A stretch of DNA of 64,000 bases. Origin: the human T2T-CHM13v2.0 reference genome, Homo sapiens. The stretch lies in the NCBI RefSeq assembly GCF_009914755.1, contig NC_060927.1, one strand, 5' to 3'. Both the position numbers and the translations under genes were made by a program. Below the pieces are notes generated by a model, which did no database searches, was not told the DNA's origin, and saw only the letters and a program-made list of their open reading frames with translations. Positions 1 to 50,969 of the stretch are shown here, piece by piece (the first letter of the stretch is position 1; each line of letters starts with the position of its first letter).

Positions 1-255
<255 letters not shown>

Positions 256-269
256 TACTTCTCACTTTC

Positions 270-880
270 TTTCATCCCACATTGGGACCACCAGTAATAT
301 CTGTGGTCTCAACCTTCACAATATGTCCAGAATGTGACCACTTCCCACCAGCTCTATAACCAGCAGTCCACTCTGAGCTTCCAGCATCTCCTGCCTGGGT
401 CAGTGCAGTAGGCTCCTAACCAGTCCTCTTAGTCTACTCTTGCCCTAGCTTCAGCTAAGTGATCCTTCTAAAATTAAATCAGGCTGGGCACAGTGGCTTA
501 TGCCTATAATCCAGACACTTTGGGAAGCTGAGGCAGGAGGATTGCTTGATCCCAGGAGTTTGAGATAAGCCTGGACAACATGGCAAGACCCTGTCTCTAC
601 AAAAAATAATAAAATTAGCCAGGCATGGTGTTGTGTGACTGTGGTCCCAGGTATTCGGGAGGTTGAGGCAAGACTACTTGAGTCTAGGAGGCCAAGATTG
701 CAATGAGTCATGTTCACAACTCTGCACTCCAGCCTGGGTGACAAAGTGAGACCCTGTCTCAAAGAAATAAATAACAAAACTAAATCAGACCACAACATCC
801 TTCTGCTAAGTACCCTTCAATGGCTTTTACCACATTCTGTGAGAAAAGCTGGGGTCCTTACAGTGACCTAAAGGCCAAGG
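270..880 (+). mobile_element. L2 fragment interrupted by an AluJ (482-775, +)
   Basis: L2-like sequence flanks an Alu with TSD taaatcag. Confidence 0.6.
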
Positions 881-900
881 TTTCACTTCATTTCATTTGA

Positions 901-975
901 TTTCCCCTCCCTCCCTCCCTCCCTCCCTCCCTCCCTTCTTTCCTTCCTTCCTTCCTTCCTTCCTTCCTTCCTTCC
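901..975. repeat. (CCCT)n/(CCTT)n microsatellite
   Basis: Visible tetranucleotide repeats. Confidence 0.95.
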
Positions 976-2613
976 AAGGGTGGGAATAACTCAGCCCCTG
1001 GCTAGAGGGCAAGGCCCCACTCCTGGGCGGCCCCCATGCCTTGCATTCCATATTCCAGTCCCAGCTCAGGCGCTCCATCACTGAGTGGCATTGGGCAAGT
1101 CATGGCCTCTCTCTGGGCATCAGTTTCCCCATATGTAAGTTTCCACAGAGGCTGGTATAGGTGGCCAATGTTTCCTTCCATCCTGACTGTCCAGGATTCT
1201 GTGATTCCCTTCTAAGCCACTGTGTCCTCAGGAAATCCCTTGTGCCAGCCTGTGGGTAGCTCAGGCCTTTATGGCAGGGTGAGGGTGGCCCCCGGGTCCT
1301 GGAGCTCTGGCCTCAAGCAGATCTGGATGGGGCTGGATGCCAGCCACCCACCAGAAGTGAGACTGGGGCTCCCTGTGCCCCCCCAAAGCACAAGACTTGG
1401 AGGGCATGGGATTGGCGGTCCCTCGTCACCTTTTGTTCCTGTCTCTGGGGCTTTGCAGGCCAATGGAAACGCAGCCCTGAGAATAAAAGCCCCTTGTCCA
1501 GAGTTCTGAGCCCTAATCCTCTTACGTGTCACCAGCGGAAAGCCGGAGCCGGTGGCAGAAGGGCTGCTCTGATTCCCTGCCAGCCTGCCCCTCGTCCCAC
1601 ACTCTGGTGCCAACCCAGTCGCATCACAAAGGGCTGCTGCCCCAGCCAAGCAACCGCACCACTGAATGCAATCACCACTCGGGCCCCGGCGACGGGGTGC
1701 TCAGACCGAGAGCTCTGGACAGGGCTTGGATGGTTCAGGAAAGGCTGAGCATCCACCCTGTCCTGAGAGCCACTGTCCAAGTCAGAGCCCCAGCTTTGCC
1801 CGGTGTGGCTGGGCCCAAGGTTCTTCCTCCCTCCCTTGGGATCCCAGATTGTTGTTCTAGCCATAAGGTGGCCCCGGATTAGGTAGTCATGGGACCTCTT
1901 TTGGCTCCCTCTTCCCTTTAGGAGGCGTAGACAGACCCACAGCTCTCTGCTGAGACTGACGGGGCCTGGAAGAGGTGGGTGCAGTGGCCTCCCACACAGA
2001 ACCTCCCTGTCTGAATAGTTGAGGGACAGACACCTCCATACAAGGCAAGAAGTGCCCCTGTTCCAGTGCGGCCTCTCAGAGGATACAGCAACCCGCCTGA
2101 CCCCTGGGGAAGCTGGACAAGGCTCTGCTGGACTTGGAAGAGTGGGTAGGAGCAGGACAGATGACTGAGGTGGGGTTGGGAGAAGAGGAAGGAGGTGGGG
2201 CCTGCCAGGAGGACAGCGGTACAGCCGAGGACGGTGTTCTGAGGATGGGGGTGAGCAGCTGGCAGCGGCTACACAAGGACTGTAAAAAGTGAACCCTGTC
2301 CCAGAGGCCTGGGCATGCAAAATAGGGACACAGGTACCCCACAGAGACAGGACTTCAAGAAGACAGAGGACAACTGGCCACCAGTTTTACCTGAATATTT
2401 AATTGGGAGAAGTTAAAAAGATACCATATAAGCACTATAAAGTCAGTGCTTTAAAAGGAAAACAAACAGCCGTGAAGTGAAATGCAAAATTCACCTGAAT
2501 TTTAAAGACGAAACAAAGAACTGTGTATCCATGGAGACACTTCAGACTCTGCAGGCAGATCCCGGGCCCTGTCTCACTCCTGAGCCATATGTTTGAGTAA
2601 GGTGGCTATGTAA

Positions 2614-5425
<2,812 letters not shown>

Positions 5426-6789
5426 AACAGTAAAGGTAATGCCTACATACATCTGAGGGTTGTCATGAGAATTAAATGAAATAATGCTGTTGAGTACTGT
5501 GCATAGTGTCTGGCTCTGTGACAGTTACTACTAAGCTTATGAATCATGGCTTAATAAAGCCTGAGGATTTGAGGGTTACTCTGGAAGGAATATCCTGGCC
5601 ACCCAAGGGTTGAGCAGAAACCTTCTAAATTTCCTCATCAAACCCACTGTCCTCAGCAGTCCTGTGTGCAGTGCCGTGCACAGTGACCTCCCTCCTGCAG
5701 GTTAAGCCAGCTAAGCCAACAGGCTGGGAAATGGTCAACTAGCGACCCAGGAAACAAGAACAGGAGCTTCACAGTTTCCAAAGCATTGTTCACACTCCCC
5801 ACCACCCCACCCCTCATCAGCTTGCTTTTAGCGCCACTGACACCGCACCCTGGGACCAACCAACACACAGGCAGAGAGGAGTGTGACACCAGGTGAAACA
5901 GCCAGGCTCTGGGACTGAGACTGGTGAAGGTCTTGGCTGGGGGTACAAAAGGCACACCCAACAAAGGTGCACATGGCAGGTGGCACTTGTAGTTAGCTCA
6001 GAATTCTGGAGGACAGAATTGGAGCTCAAAAGAATTTCAACAGGTTAGCAATATGATACTCAGTTTTTACAAAGGCCAAGTCTGTCCTTGTGCCCCCAAA
6101 CCCATCTGAACAAATGGAGTAGTACTTCTATCAGAAAAATGACATTGGGGACCAGCTCAGGGTGACTAAACTGAGAGATGCATGATGTTAGCAAGTCACT
6201 GAGGTCCTCAGACCCGGGCAAGAAGGGCCGTGATCCTCCCCGTGGGGCAATGCTCCTCAGAGGCAAAGGACATGCCCACTCAGAGGACACACACCATGCT
6301 TGGCACTGGGGATCCCAGAATCTCTTGCCCAAAAGGCTCCAAGCCCCTGCTCCCCTAGCGATGGGGTCTGAGAGGAGGCTAAGGGATTGTGAACAAAGCG
6401 GGAACATGTGGCCTCAGGGGGCCGCACGCGGATCCCTGAAATCCCCTGCATTACAGGTACAGCCCGGGATACAAGGAGAGGGACCAGGTTGGGGGCAGCA
6501 GGGCTCCTCTCCCGGCCCCAGCACATTCTCAAACAGAACTCTGAGGAGTCCAAGAAATCTAAATTCAAACTTAGCATTCCAAGTCATCATGAAGGTCAGA
6601 GTGGAGATTTGCTTATTGAATAGTTAGTTTGTACGATTACTCATAAACTTTCAGACATGGCCCTCTGTGTGTCCCCCAGTCCTGCCCTGTGAATGTTCAT
6701 GTGTGCCTGGGCAAGGAGGCATGTGTGCTCCTCTGAGTTCAGGCAGCACCTAGAGAAGTGCAGCCCCTTCCGAACCCCCACAAATGTCC

Positions 6790-7240
6790 TAAGAAAAGCA
6801 CCTGTGACATTGAGGGGCCAGGAGAGCTGTCACGTGAGGGTCAGCTGAGGGGACTAAAGACATTCAGCCAAGAGGAGAGAAGGTTCAGGAGTGGCACTCT
6901 AGTTGTATTTTGTTCTTGGAAAGATGATGAAAGAAAAAGGAGGACTTACTCATTTATTCCAAGCGCTCAGAGAGTAGACTAGGTCCACAGTGTGACTCAG
7001 GGAGGCAGGAGGGCTCACTGAAAAAATGACCCATCTAACAAAAGGTGGGGAAGGTGGGGAAGTGGTAGAAGAACAAAACAGGGAGTGAAGCACGGTGGGA
7101 AGTCATGAGGGCTTTCTGCTGGAGGAAGTCCAACTGTGCGAGGTGCATGATCTTTGAAATTTTGCAGGGGTGATTTCAGCCACAGATGGAGGTCTGGGGC
7201 CAGCTGATGATCAAGCTCATCCTGCCCCGAGAGTCTCTCT
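6790..7240 (+). mobile_element. Ancient L3/CR1 LINE fragment
   Basis: cagctgaggggactaaagacattcagccaagaggagagaagg resembles the CR1 3' region; highly diverged. Confidence 0.45.
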
Positions 7241-8524
7241 GAGTCTGCCTGGGGAAAGCATGTTGCAAGTCCCTCACAGACAAGCCTCCCCTGGTCCCTG
7301 ACATTATGCATCTGAAACTCTTTCCATTTTCCAGGAAGGGTAAATCAAGGCACAGGGCAGGGAAGTCACATGGGTACCTGGTTACCAGCTTGTCCCGCTC
7401 CGTGTCAGAGGGGCCTGCAGTGTGCTCCTGCTGGTCATGCTCTCCTCCACTTTTTTGCAGGTTGGCAGGGTCTCTGGGGTGGGTGACAGTTCTCACATGG
7501 ATAGTTCTCTATGAATGCCAGAAGCTAGAGTCCGGTGTCTGGCATTTGGCAGGGCCTGGGAAGCCAGGGGAGCCAAAGGGAGGTCTTTTTTCCTGTGGGA
7601 ACTCATTCCAGTTGCCAGCAGAGTGAGGAGCAAAGCCATGGCACTTGGCTTTCTGGTGGTTACTCCTGGCAACCTTGTCGTGGCCTTGGACATGGACCCG
7701 GTCTGCCCCAGGGTTTCTGTTTCTCCATCTGTAGAACAAGGGTGAACTTCTGCCCTGGCTGGCCATAGAGCCGGCCGGACCAGGAAGCGTGCTGTCCTCC
7801 TTGAGAGGGCCAAGCAGTCACCAGAGTAAAGACAAGTGAGAATCAGGGCCTGCCGCCTCCCAGGAGAGGCCCAATTAGAGCAGCGAGTGGTTCCCACCAG
7901 AGGCTCTGGCCGGCCCTCAAAGCTAGCCGCGTGGGCAGGCAGCAGCAGGCTGTGTGATTAACGATGGCAGCTCGGGCCGCCCACTGGGCCTGGCCTCAGG
8001 AACTTCCAATGAGCACACATAGTGCCAAGGGGAAAGAGGGCCAGCTCCCTTTCTTCTGCAGCGAAGGGAGGAGGGAGCCGGCCGAGGGAGCACCCGGCAA
8101 CCAGAGGGCAAACCCAAACAAAGGGCCACGCTTTTGAGGGCTCCTGAGACCTCGGCACAGGCCTCCCCGGGGGCCTCAGAGAGGGGTGGCATCAGGGATC
8201 CAGAGTTCAGCTCACTCCACAGGCCCCATCAATACATCCCAAGAAGGCTCAGCCCTCTTCCAAGCCCAGGGCCACGATGCAAACAAGAAACTGCTCCATC
8301 CTCAAGGAAACAGAGTCTACCATGCATTCATTCATCCATCCATCCATTCACTCAACAAAGACTACCACCTACTGAGTGCCCTGAGACCAGGTAGTGAACA
8401 AGACAATCAGGATCCCTGCTCTCAGAAATCTCTATTCTGACTCCTCAGGCAGAAAGCAAGTAAACCAATGCGGAAAAACTACACAGAGGCAAAGAATGGT
8501 TATGGGCACTGACTCCACAGGCTG

Positions 8525-8725
8525 AAGGCTCTGGGTTCAAAGCCCAGCCCTGGCTCCACCATCTGACCACCGGAAAGCTATTTAACCTCTGTGCCTGGGC
8601 CTCCTCCTCTGTAAGGTGGGATAATAAAAGTATCTATCACACAGGATAGCTCTAAGAATTAAAGGAGTTAATATATGTAAAGCACTTCAAACACTACCTG
8701 GCATATAGTAAACATCACAGAAATA
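8525..8725 (+). mobile_element. MIR SINE
   Basis: MIR core (aacctctgtgcct...ctgtaaggtgggataataa...tatgtaaagcactt). Confidence 0.75.
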
Positions 8726-8734
8726 TTGTTTTTC

Positions 8735-9965
<1,231 letters not shown>

Positions 9966-10529
9966 ATAAAACCAATCACTGGCAAGGTGACAGAAATCAC
10001 CTGGATTGGGTTACCAATTAGGACTCGCTCCTAAACACAGGGGCTCTCAGGGGAGGCATGGTAACGAAACAAAGACGAGGTCCTCAGGAAGGATCACCAT
10101 ATTGTTGTTGGGTAGGCAACCACCAAATTCTGCAACAAAGGGTCAGGGGAGGCCTCGTTGAGGACGTTGCTCTGAGCAGGGATCTGAATGATGGGAAGGA
10201 GCCATCCGTACAGCGATGTGAGGGAAAGACATTCTCAGCAGAGGGAGCAGCACGTGCAAAGACTCTGAAGTGAGTCTTGTTATTCAAGGAACATAAGGAA
10301 GACCACAGTGGCCATAGGATGGATTGAACAAAAGGGAAACAAGACGATAATAGCTTTTGGAATTTTAAATATATAGTGAGAATTTAAAAATATTAACTGT
10401 AGCATATATATGAGGAGAGAAACAAATGAGTTAGTGCTCTAAGGTTCTTTAATTGCCTGGGAAGAAGATAACAATAATGTGAAAACCATATATTGACAAG
10501 AAAGGGATGCAAGTTATAATTTCTACAAC

Positions 10530-10735
10530 CATGCTATCTAATATAGTAGCCGCCAGCCACGTGACATTGAGGGGCCAGGAGAGCTGTCGCATGACGGTCA
10601 ATTTACATTTAAATTAAGTAAAATTAAACAAAATTAAAAATTCAGTTTCTTAGTTGTATTAGCCACACTTCAAATGCTCAATAGCACATGTGGTTACCAC
10701 ACTGAACAGCAGCAACACCGAATATTTTCATTCAG
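10530..10735 (+). mobile_element. MER3-like hAT-Charlie DNA transposon remnant carrying a 40-bp foreign insert
   Basis: tagtagccgccagccac ... aaattaaaaattcagtttct ... agccacacttcaaatgctcaatagcacatgtgg. Confidence 0.7.
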
Positions 10736-10780
10736 TACAGAATGAAAAATGGGTCAAAACTCTTCTAGAGAAATTACTAA

Positions 10781-12575
<1,795 letters not shown>

Positions 12576-12589
12576 CACATCCAGCTACT

Positions 12590-21700
<9,111 letters not shown>

Positions 21701-22552
21701 TCTTCTGGTTTTGATAAACCATTGGCCAGAGTGTTACTTAGTCTGGCTGGCCATCTGAGTCCTTAGGGTAACTCTGCAATCTTGTTCCCATGTACTTTGT
21801 GTCATCTCATGGTTATACACTCAGAAGACAGTATTATTTCCAAGCTTGCTTTAGAGGAGTTCCTCACTCTTTCCCCATAGCTGGTTGTATGCCTGCAATG
21901 AACTCTTGGGCTGAGGAAAGAGCTTCTGCTGTAGCACCCAGCAAGGGTGGTATTCCCACACTCCCTGCTCCTGGACCAGTGAAGCTGCCCCTATTCCCCT
22001 GCTGGTACCCACCCTTTCCCTTGGGCCTGGAAAACCCTGAATGAATTTCATGACACTGAGAAATACACTTCATAAGGCAAAGTTTTTGGTCTGTTTTCTT
22101 CATTGCTATATCCCTGATGCCTAGCTAGTCCTAGAAAAAGGCAAAGATTCTATAGATGAAAAGCCTTAGGTTCAGAAAGCACATGGCTCCTAAACAGAGA
22201 GAACTTCTAGCTCCAAGTTCAGTGTTTAGTGCTGCTTTCTGGAGCACAGATGAGACTTTTCACCAGGATAAATTATCTGAGAAAGGACAAGGTCTCCAGA
22301 GGACTCTTGCCAGGCCTGTGGATCACAATCATCAAGAAGCACAAACACTCCGGCAGGAAATAGGACAGGCACAGATGGAAATCAATATACCCTGTTCTAA
22401 CACTTCAGCCCCTTCTTTGGATCAAAGACTCTTGGCAACATCCAGTAACTCTATTCCACAGGCCTACACCACCTCCTGCTCCCCTTCTGATCTGGGCGTT
22501 CCTATCCCTCCTGCATTGTGCTGGGTAGGTGAGACAGAGCCAAGGGCTTTGA

Positions 22553-23221
<669 letters not shown>

Positions 23222-24450
23222 TAGGAACCCATGACACACGTCCCAGTATGCAGCCCTATGCCACAGCAAAGAGCAGCCTGAGCTCATGGCGCCAGCTAAA
23301 CACCATCTGGGTAAAAGGCCCAAGATGAAAACAGAGGACTTCTGTTGTTAGTAAATGGGAGGCTAGGTAAATTGTACCAACTCTTGCACTAGGAGCCAAA
23401 ACATTTGAAAAGCATCAAAAAGCTAACAAGATACTAAAGAATTACTAGGCTAACATCCCAGAGAGGACACGAATCCAGACAGGTGAGCCCAGCGTTTGGG
23501 CCACTTGGACCTGGAGGCAACTGCCCATTTAGCAGAGGTGATGGAGAGAATGGGTTGTGTTTCTGAAAGTTTTGTAGAGCTGGGCAGGGGAAGCTGGAGT
23601 ACGGGGCCTACCAAAGGTGGGATACTGGTAAACCACTGCCTGTTTTGAGGTGTGACCTGAGAGGATTATACCCTAGGGTTAAGGATAAACCAGAAGCAAA
23701 CCAGCCCTTGCATAGTCTGACAGGTCTGTGGGTTGGTTTCAGTGGCTTAGAAAATCTCCAACCTTGAATCTGGATTACTGTGACCCCAGAATTCTAGAGC
23801 TCCTGGGTACCTGACAGAAGCAAATAAAATTCCTCTCTGGAGGGAGAAATCGTCCTAGGCTTCAAAATACTTTAATAAACAGGTTTTCAAATACGATGTC
23901 TAGCACAAAGTAAAAAATGAGGCACATGTGAACACACATCAGGGAGAACCAGCAGAAATTAGGTGACAGAAACACACAGGGATTCCAGTTATTGGAATGA
24001 TCACAGATTGAACACAGGCAAAATGTTCAAGAAAACTCCTCCAGTTGTTGGTAAGTCTGGCTATTTGAAATCTTCACTCTCTAATCTATCCCCATTCTAC
24101 AACCCCCATCCTCAATCTGCCTTACCCACTGTCTCCAGAGTTGTCTTTACACAAAACAAATCTGACCATCCTTCAGCTCTGTGCTTAAATGGCATTCAAG
24201 GCTGTTTGTAATCTGTCCTAAATTGCCCTTTTCAGCCTCGTCATATACTCATCATATAGACTACTTTCCTGAGTATTCTACCTTTGCCTTTAATGCCCTC
24301 ATCTCCTATTTTATCCTGAAAAATGCCTCCTTATCCTTCAAAGTGCAATTTAAACCTCCTCTCTTTGAAGCCTTTCAGAAAAATATATATATGTGTGTAT
24401 ATATATGTATATGTATAAAATGTATATATATGTGTGTGTGTGTACATATA

Positions 24451-24483
<33 letters not shown>

Positions 24484-24515
24484 GAGACGGAGTCTTGCTC
24501 TGTCGCCCAGACTGA

Positions 24516-24979
<464 letters not shown>

Positions 24980-25306
24980 TAGCCAGGACAGTCTCGATCT
25001 CCTGACCTCGTGATCCGCCCGCCTTGGCCTCCCAAAGTGCTGGGAGTACAGGTGTGAGCCACGGCGCCCTGCCCTGAAATCTTAACTCCAACTCTCATAG
25101 CTTTCTACACACTGACACACTATTCTAATTATTTGTACTGACACACTATTATAATACACACTGTTACAATTGCTTGTTTATGTCTGTTTCTCAAGCAGAC
25201 TACTAACTTGTTGAGGTTTGGATCTATTTTATTCATTTAGTATTCCTAGCATCTAGCATAGTGCCTAGCTCAGAGTAAGTGCTTAATAAACATTATTTTA
25301 ATTTTC

Positions 25307-25755
<449 letters not shown>

Positions 25756-25940
25756 TGAGTAGTTGGGACTACAGGTGCCCACCACCATGCCCGGCTACTA
25801 TATATATATATAGTTTTTTTTAGTAGAGATGGGGTTTCGCCATGTTGACCAGGCTAGTCTCAAACTCCTGACTCAGGTGATCCCCCTGTGTCATCCCAAA
25901 GTGCTGGGATTACAGGTGTGAGCCACCATGCCTGGCCTGA

Positions 25941-26180
<240 letters not shown>

Positions 26181-26274
26181 TGATCCACCCGCCTCGGCCT
26201 CCCAAAGTGCTGGGATTATAGGCGTGAGCCACTGCGGCCAGCCAGAGTATTCTTAATAATAGGTGATACAGACT

Positions 26275-27130
<856 letters not shown>

Positions 27131-27314
27131 TCAGAAGGCTGAGGTGGGAGGATCACTTGAGCTGGGGAGGTCAAGGCTACAGTGAGCCTTGCACTCCAGC
27201 CTGGGTGACAGAGCGAGATTCCACCTCAAAATAAATAAATAAATAAACAAACATCTTCAATGAAGGTTACTCAACTCAAACTTAAAGGAGTGGACACAAA
27301 GACTAAGAAAATGA

Positions 27315-27677
27315 ATAACTTTTTAAAAAGTTTTATTTCAAGAACTTTGTTTTTTACTGGTATTTCAAAAAAACGTGGGTCAAAGTACAAAAAAAAGTCA
27401 GTTGAATAACAGCACAGGTTTAGAAATCACAGCAGCAGAAGCAATGTACAGACAGCACAGAAAAAACAACCCAATGTATGCAATTCTGTTCAGTTTCTTT
27501 GCTTATTTTAAGTATTTTTTTGCCTCCTGTACAAAATACATAAAAGCATGCCATGAGATCAGAAAAAGAAAAGAGTTTAACAAATGGTTACAAGAAATAG
27601 ACTCTGTACAAGAGGAGATAATGTTTCTTCCCCTACCCCCCACCCACTACCCCCGCTTCCTCTCTTCTTGCTCTGCT
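27315..27677 (-). other. CSPG5: CSPG5 3' UTR (~360 nt, U-rich)
   Basis: Lies between the stop codon and the AATAAA at 27337-27332; cleavage site is approximate. Confidence 0.8.
27332..27337 (-). terminator. CSPG5 polyadenylation signal AATAAA
   Basis: tttatt on the + strand, followed on the minus strand by U/GU-rich sequence (TTATTCATTTTCTTAGTCTTTGTGT). Confidence 0.8.
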
Positions 27678-43771
<16,094 letters not shown>

Positions 43772-45924
43772 GGCGCGGCGCCCCGACCGCTGTCCGCGGT
43801 CCGCCCGGCTGGCTGCGCCCTCGGCTCGCCCGGCCGCCGCGCCTCCCGCCGGTTCTGCGGCCGCCTCAGCCCACGATGGGCAGCGCGAGGAGCCGCATGC
43901 CGCCGCCGCCGCCGTCCGCCGCTGTCCCCGGCGCGCCGCGCCTCCCCGCCTCCCGCGCCGCCGCTGCCGCCGCTGCGCTCAGCGCCGCCCTCACCCCGCC
44001 CGCCGCGCCGGCCCCGCCGCACGTAGCGGTGACGCCGGCCCCTTGGTCAGCCTGCCAGGGGAACAGACAGACCCCTCGCTGGGGACTAGGAGACACACGG
44101 ACGGGGAGTGCGGGGCAGGCGGACGGGGAGCGCGAGGCAGGCGCACGGCGCGGCGCGCGGCGTTAGGCGGCAGGTGCACGGGCGGGAGACCTGTGGGATG
44201 GGGCCACGGTCCCGCCCCAGGTGAACAGGCGGCACGGGGCCCCGACCCGGAGGAACCCACCCGCCACGCGGCAAGCACGGAGGCGGGGACGTCGCGGGCC
44301 CAGTTACCCGCAGGGTCGGGGCGGGGTCCAGAAGAGCCGCAGGGGGCGGAAGCACGAGCCCCCACTGTGGAAATAAGCCAGGCCCGGGGCGCATGGAGCC
44401 TCTCGGATTCTGCACCAATCCCGTGTTCCGGGCGGGAAGGCTCTCAGGGAGGTCTCCGGGTCTCCACGAGGGAGGGGCGGGCGTTGGCAGAGCCTGGCAA
44501 GGGGGCGAAGCCGACCGCCCAGGCTCTAATCGGATCAGATCTAATCCGTTCGCAGCCAAAGCCACTAGCCTAGATCTCGCACAGCCAGGCCCGCCATAAC
44601 GCATCCCGGGAGCAAGGGGTAAGACCCTCCCTGGGACTGCGGCTACCTCGCCTTCCTTCTAGTCTCCGGGCAGCCTGGGGAGCGGCCTTTAATCCTGGTC
44701 CCTTCTCCGGGATACGTCGTCCCCCAGGTGTCTCAGACCACCAAAACTCAGGTTCCTGGGTAGACCAGGGGGGTCTAGATCCCCAGCCGGGCACACATGG
44801 ATGCTTGGCTTTAGAGTGATCTGTGGGGCCCATTCACAGCTTCAGGGCTCACAGGGCAACCCAAGACCACGCACCAGGAGGTCTGCTTAGTCGGCAGGAG
44901 GAACCGCAACCTAGTTACTTAGTTTATTCCCCCAAACCGACCGTCTACCCCTTAATGTGTTACTCACCCAAATGACAGTTCAGGGTATCAGCCCAAGGAG
45001 ATAGGACAACTCCAGTATTTAAGAGACGGTCCCATTGCTGTCTTAGAAGACCAAATAAGTGACCAAGATGGAGATTCTATCTCCTAATCTTTCTGATACA
45101 TATCTCCAGATGGAGTTGCCTTGGTTCAAAACCTGTTTCTCAGCAGAACTATGGCTGCAGCCTATTTGCCTAGCCTAGCGTCTCCACCTCTCCTGCCTGG
45201 TAAACTCCTCATGCCAGAAAAACTCAGTTCTTATCACCTTTCCCTCTATGAAGGCTTCTCAGCAGTTACACTTAATGCCCATCATCTCATCTTATCTACA
45301 GTTATTCCTCACTGGACTGCAAGGCACTTGAGTGCACAGGGCTGGTAACAGAGGGAGGCTCCATATCAGACAGGCATAAATGAACGAATGGCAACCACCC
45401 ACACCCATCCCAGAACTGTGGTCTGGAGAGCCTTGAAAAAAGGGGTAAGGCTCTTTCTTTCATAGTTTCATGCTGCCTCCGGGGACCAAGTAAAATATGT
45501 TTGAAACAATAGCCTTCTCTAAACAGGGGACCATGTAGGGCTTTGCACTCACCTCAGCCACAGAGGCAGCAACGCACCCTTAACTGCCTCCAACCCATCT
45601 CTGCTTCCCTTGTGTGCAGCTTAACTCCTGTCACCTTTTACTGTATGTAGACTCTCTGTGTTCCTTTGCTTGTTTCCTCAACTCGGGTTGTGGCTGTCAG
45701 AGCGGCCTACCTCCTCCTTCCCTTCCTGAGGCCAGTCTGTGTGGGAAGACCTCATGGATGGGTTCCTTGATGTCTGGGGCATGACAACCACTCACACATT
45801 TTCAACAGGGTTTAATGGAGGAAGTTCTCCCACTCATTTTAAATATATTTTGTTAATTATTTAAGTATCTTCTTCTTCCCTTTCCTGGAGATGAAGTCTG
45901 CTAACGCTTCCTTCAATTTGGAAT

Positions 45925-50230
<4,306 letters not shown>

Positions 50231-50969
50231 TAAACTATTCTTAATTGAATGTGGGGGAATTACTCCATGGTAAGGACCCAGGGAACCTATGTAAGACTGG
50301 TTGATCTTGCATGTCCTCCAATATTCTAAAAATAATTCACACACAAGTTTATAAACCAGTCTTTAGTTTCGATAAAGGATTAACCTCCCCCAACATCCTT
50401 GAGAAAGTATAGGAATCTGGTGAGACCCAGCTGGCTTTGGCTCTCTTTATTAGAGGCACACCTTCGTGAAGAGCAGGGCGTTCATCTCATGGCAGACACA
50501 GAATCCTCTTCTTTTGCTTCACTCGATTTATAAGCATCCTGAAAACAATCACTTCTTTTTTTCTGCACAGGGTTTATATCTGTGAGTACCCAAAAGCTGT
50601 CCCCCAAGGTTCACAGAATCTTCTGCCCTCAAGGCCTGCCTCCAACTTGGGACTGTCTAAACTGCATCCTGACAAACATTATCCCATTCACCAAGCAAAG
50701 CTATTTCTCACACCTGGAGGTGCCAGGATGTTGGCCATCATTTTTGGAGAACTTCCACTCATTTTCACTTTGACCATGCAAATGAACAGTGGGTGAGGTA
50801 CCCTCAAAATGTATGTTCCTTACACATCATGAAGGTGGGCAGTCGGGAAGGAAGCCCGAGTCACAGAATTTTAACTGCTGATCAAACCAAGACCAGGTGG
50901 GGCCAAATGTTTAGGTTCTTCATAGGATATATGAAGAAACTGGTGTATGAATGCAGAGAATGGGACTAG

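Noticed and set aside
1530-1562. Possible CTCF motif (ggagccggtggcag)
   Set aside because: Only the 3' half fits the consensus; not supportable without ChIP data.
1529-2320. 263-aa minus-strand ORF and overlapping ORFs
   Set aside because: No recognisable domain; several frames are open at once because of high GC.
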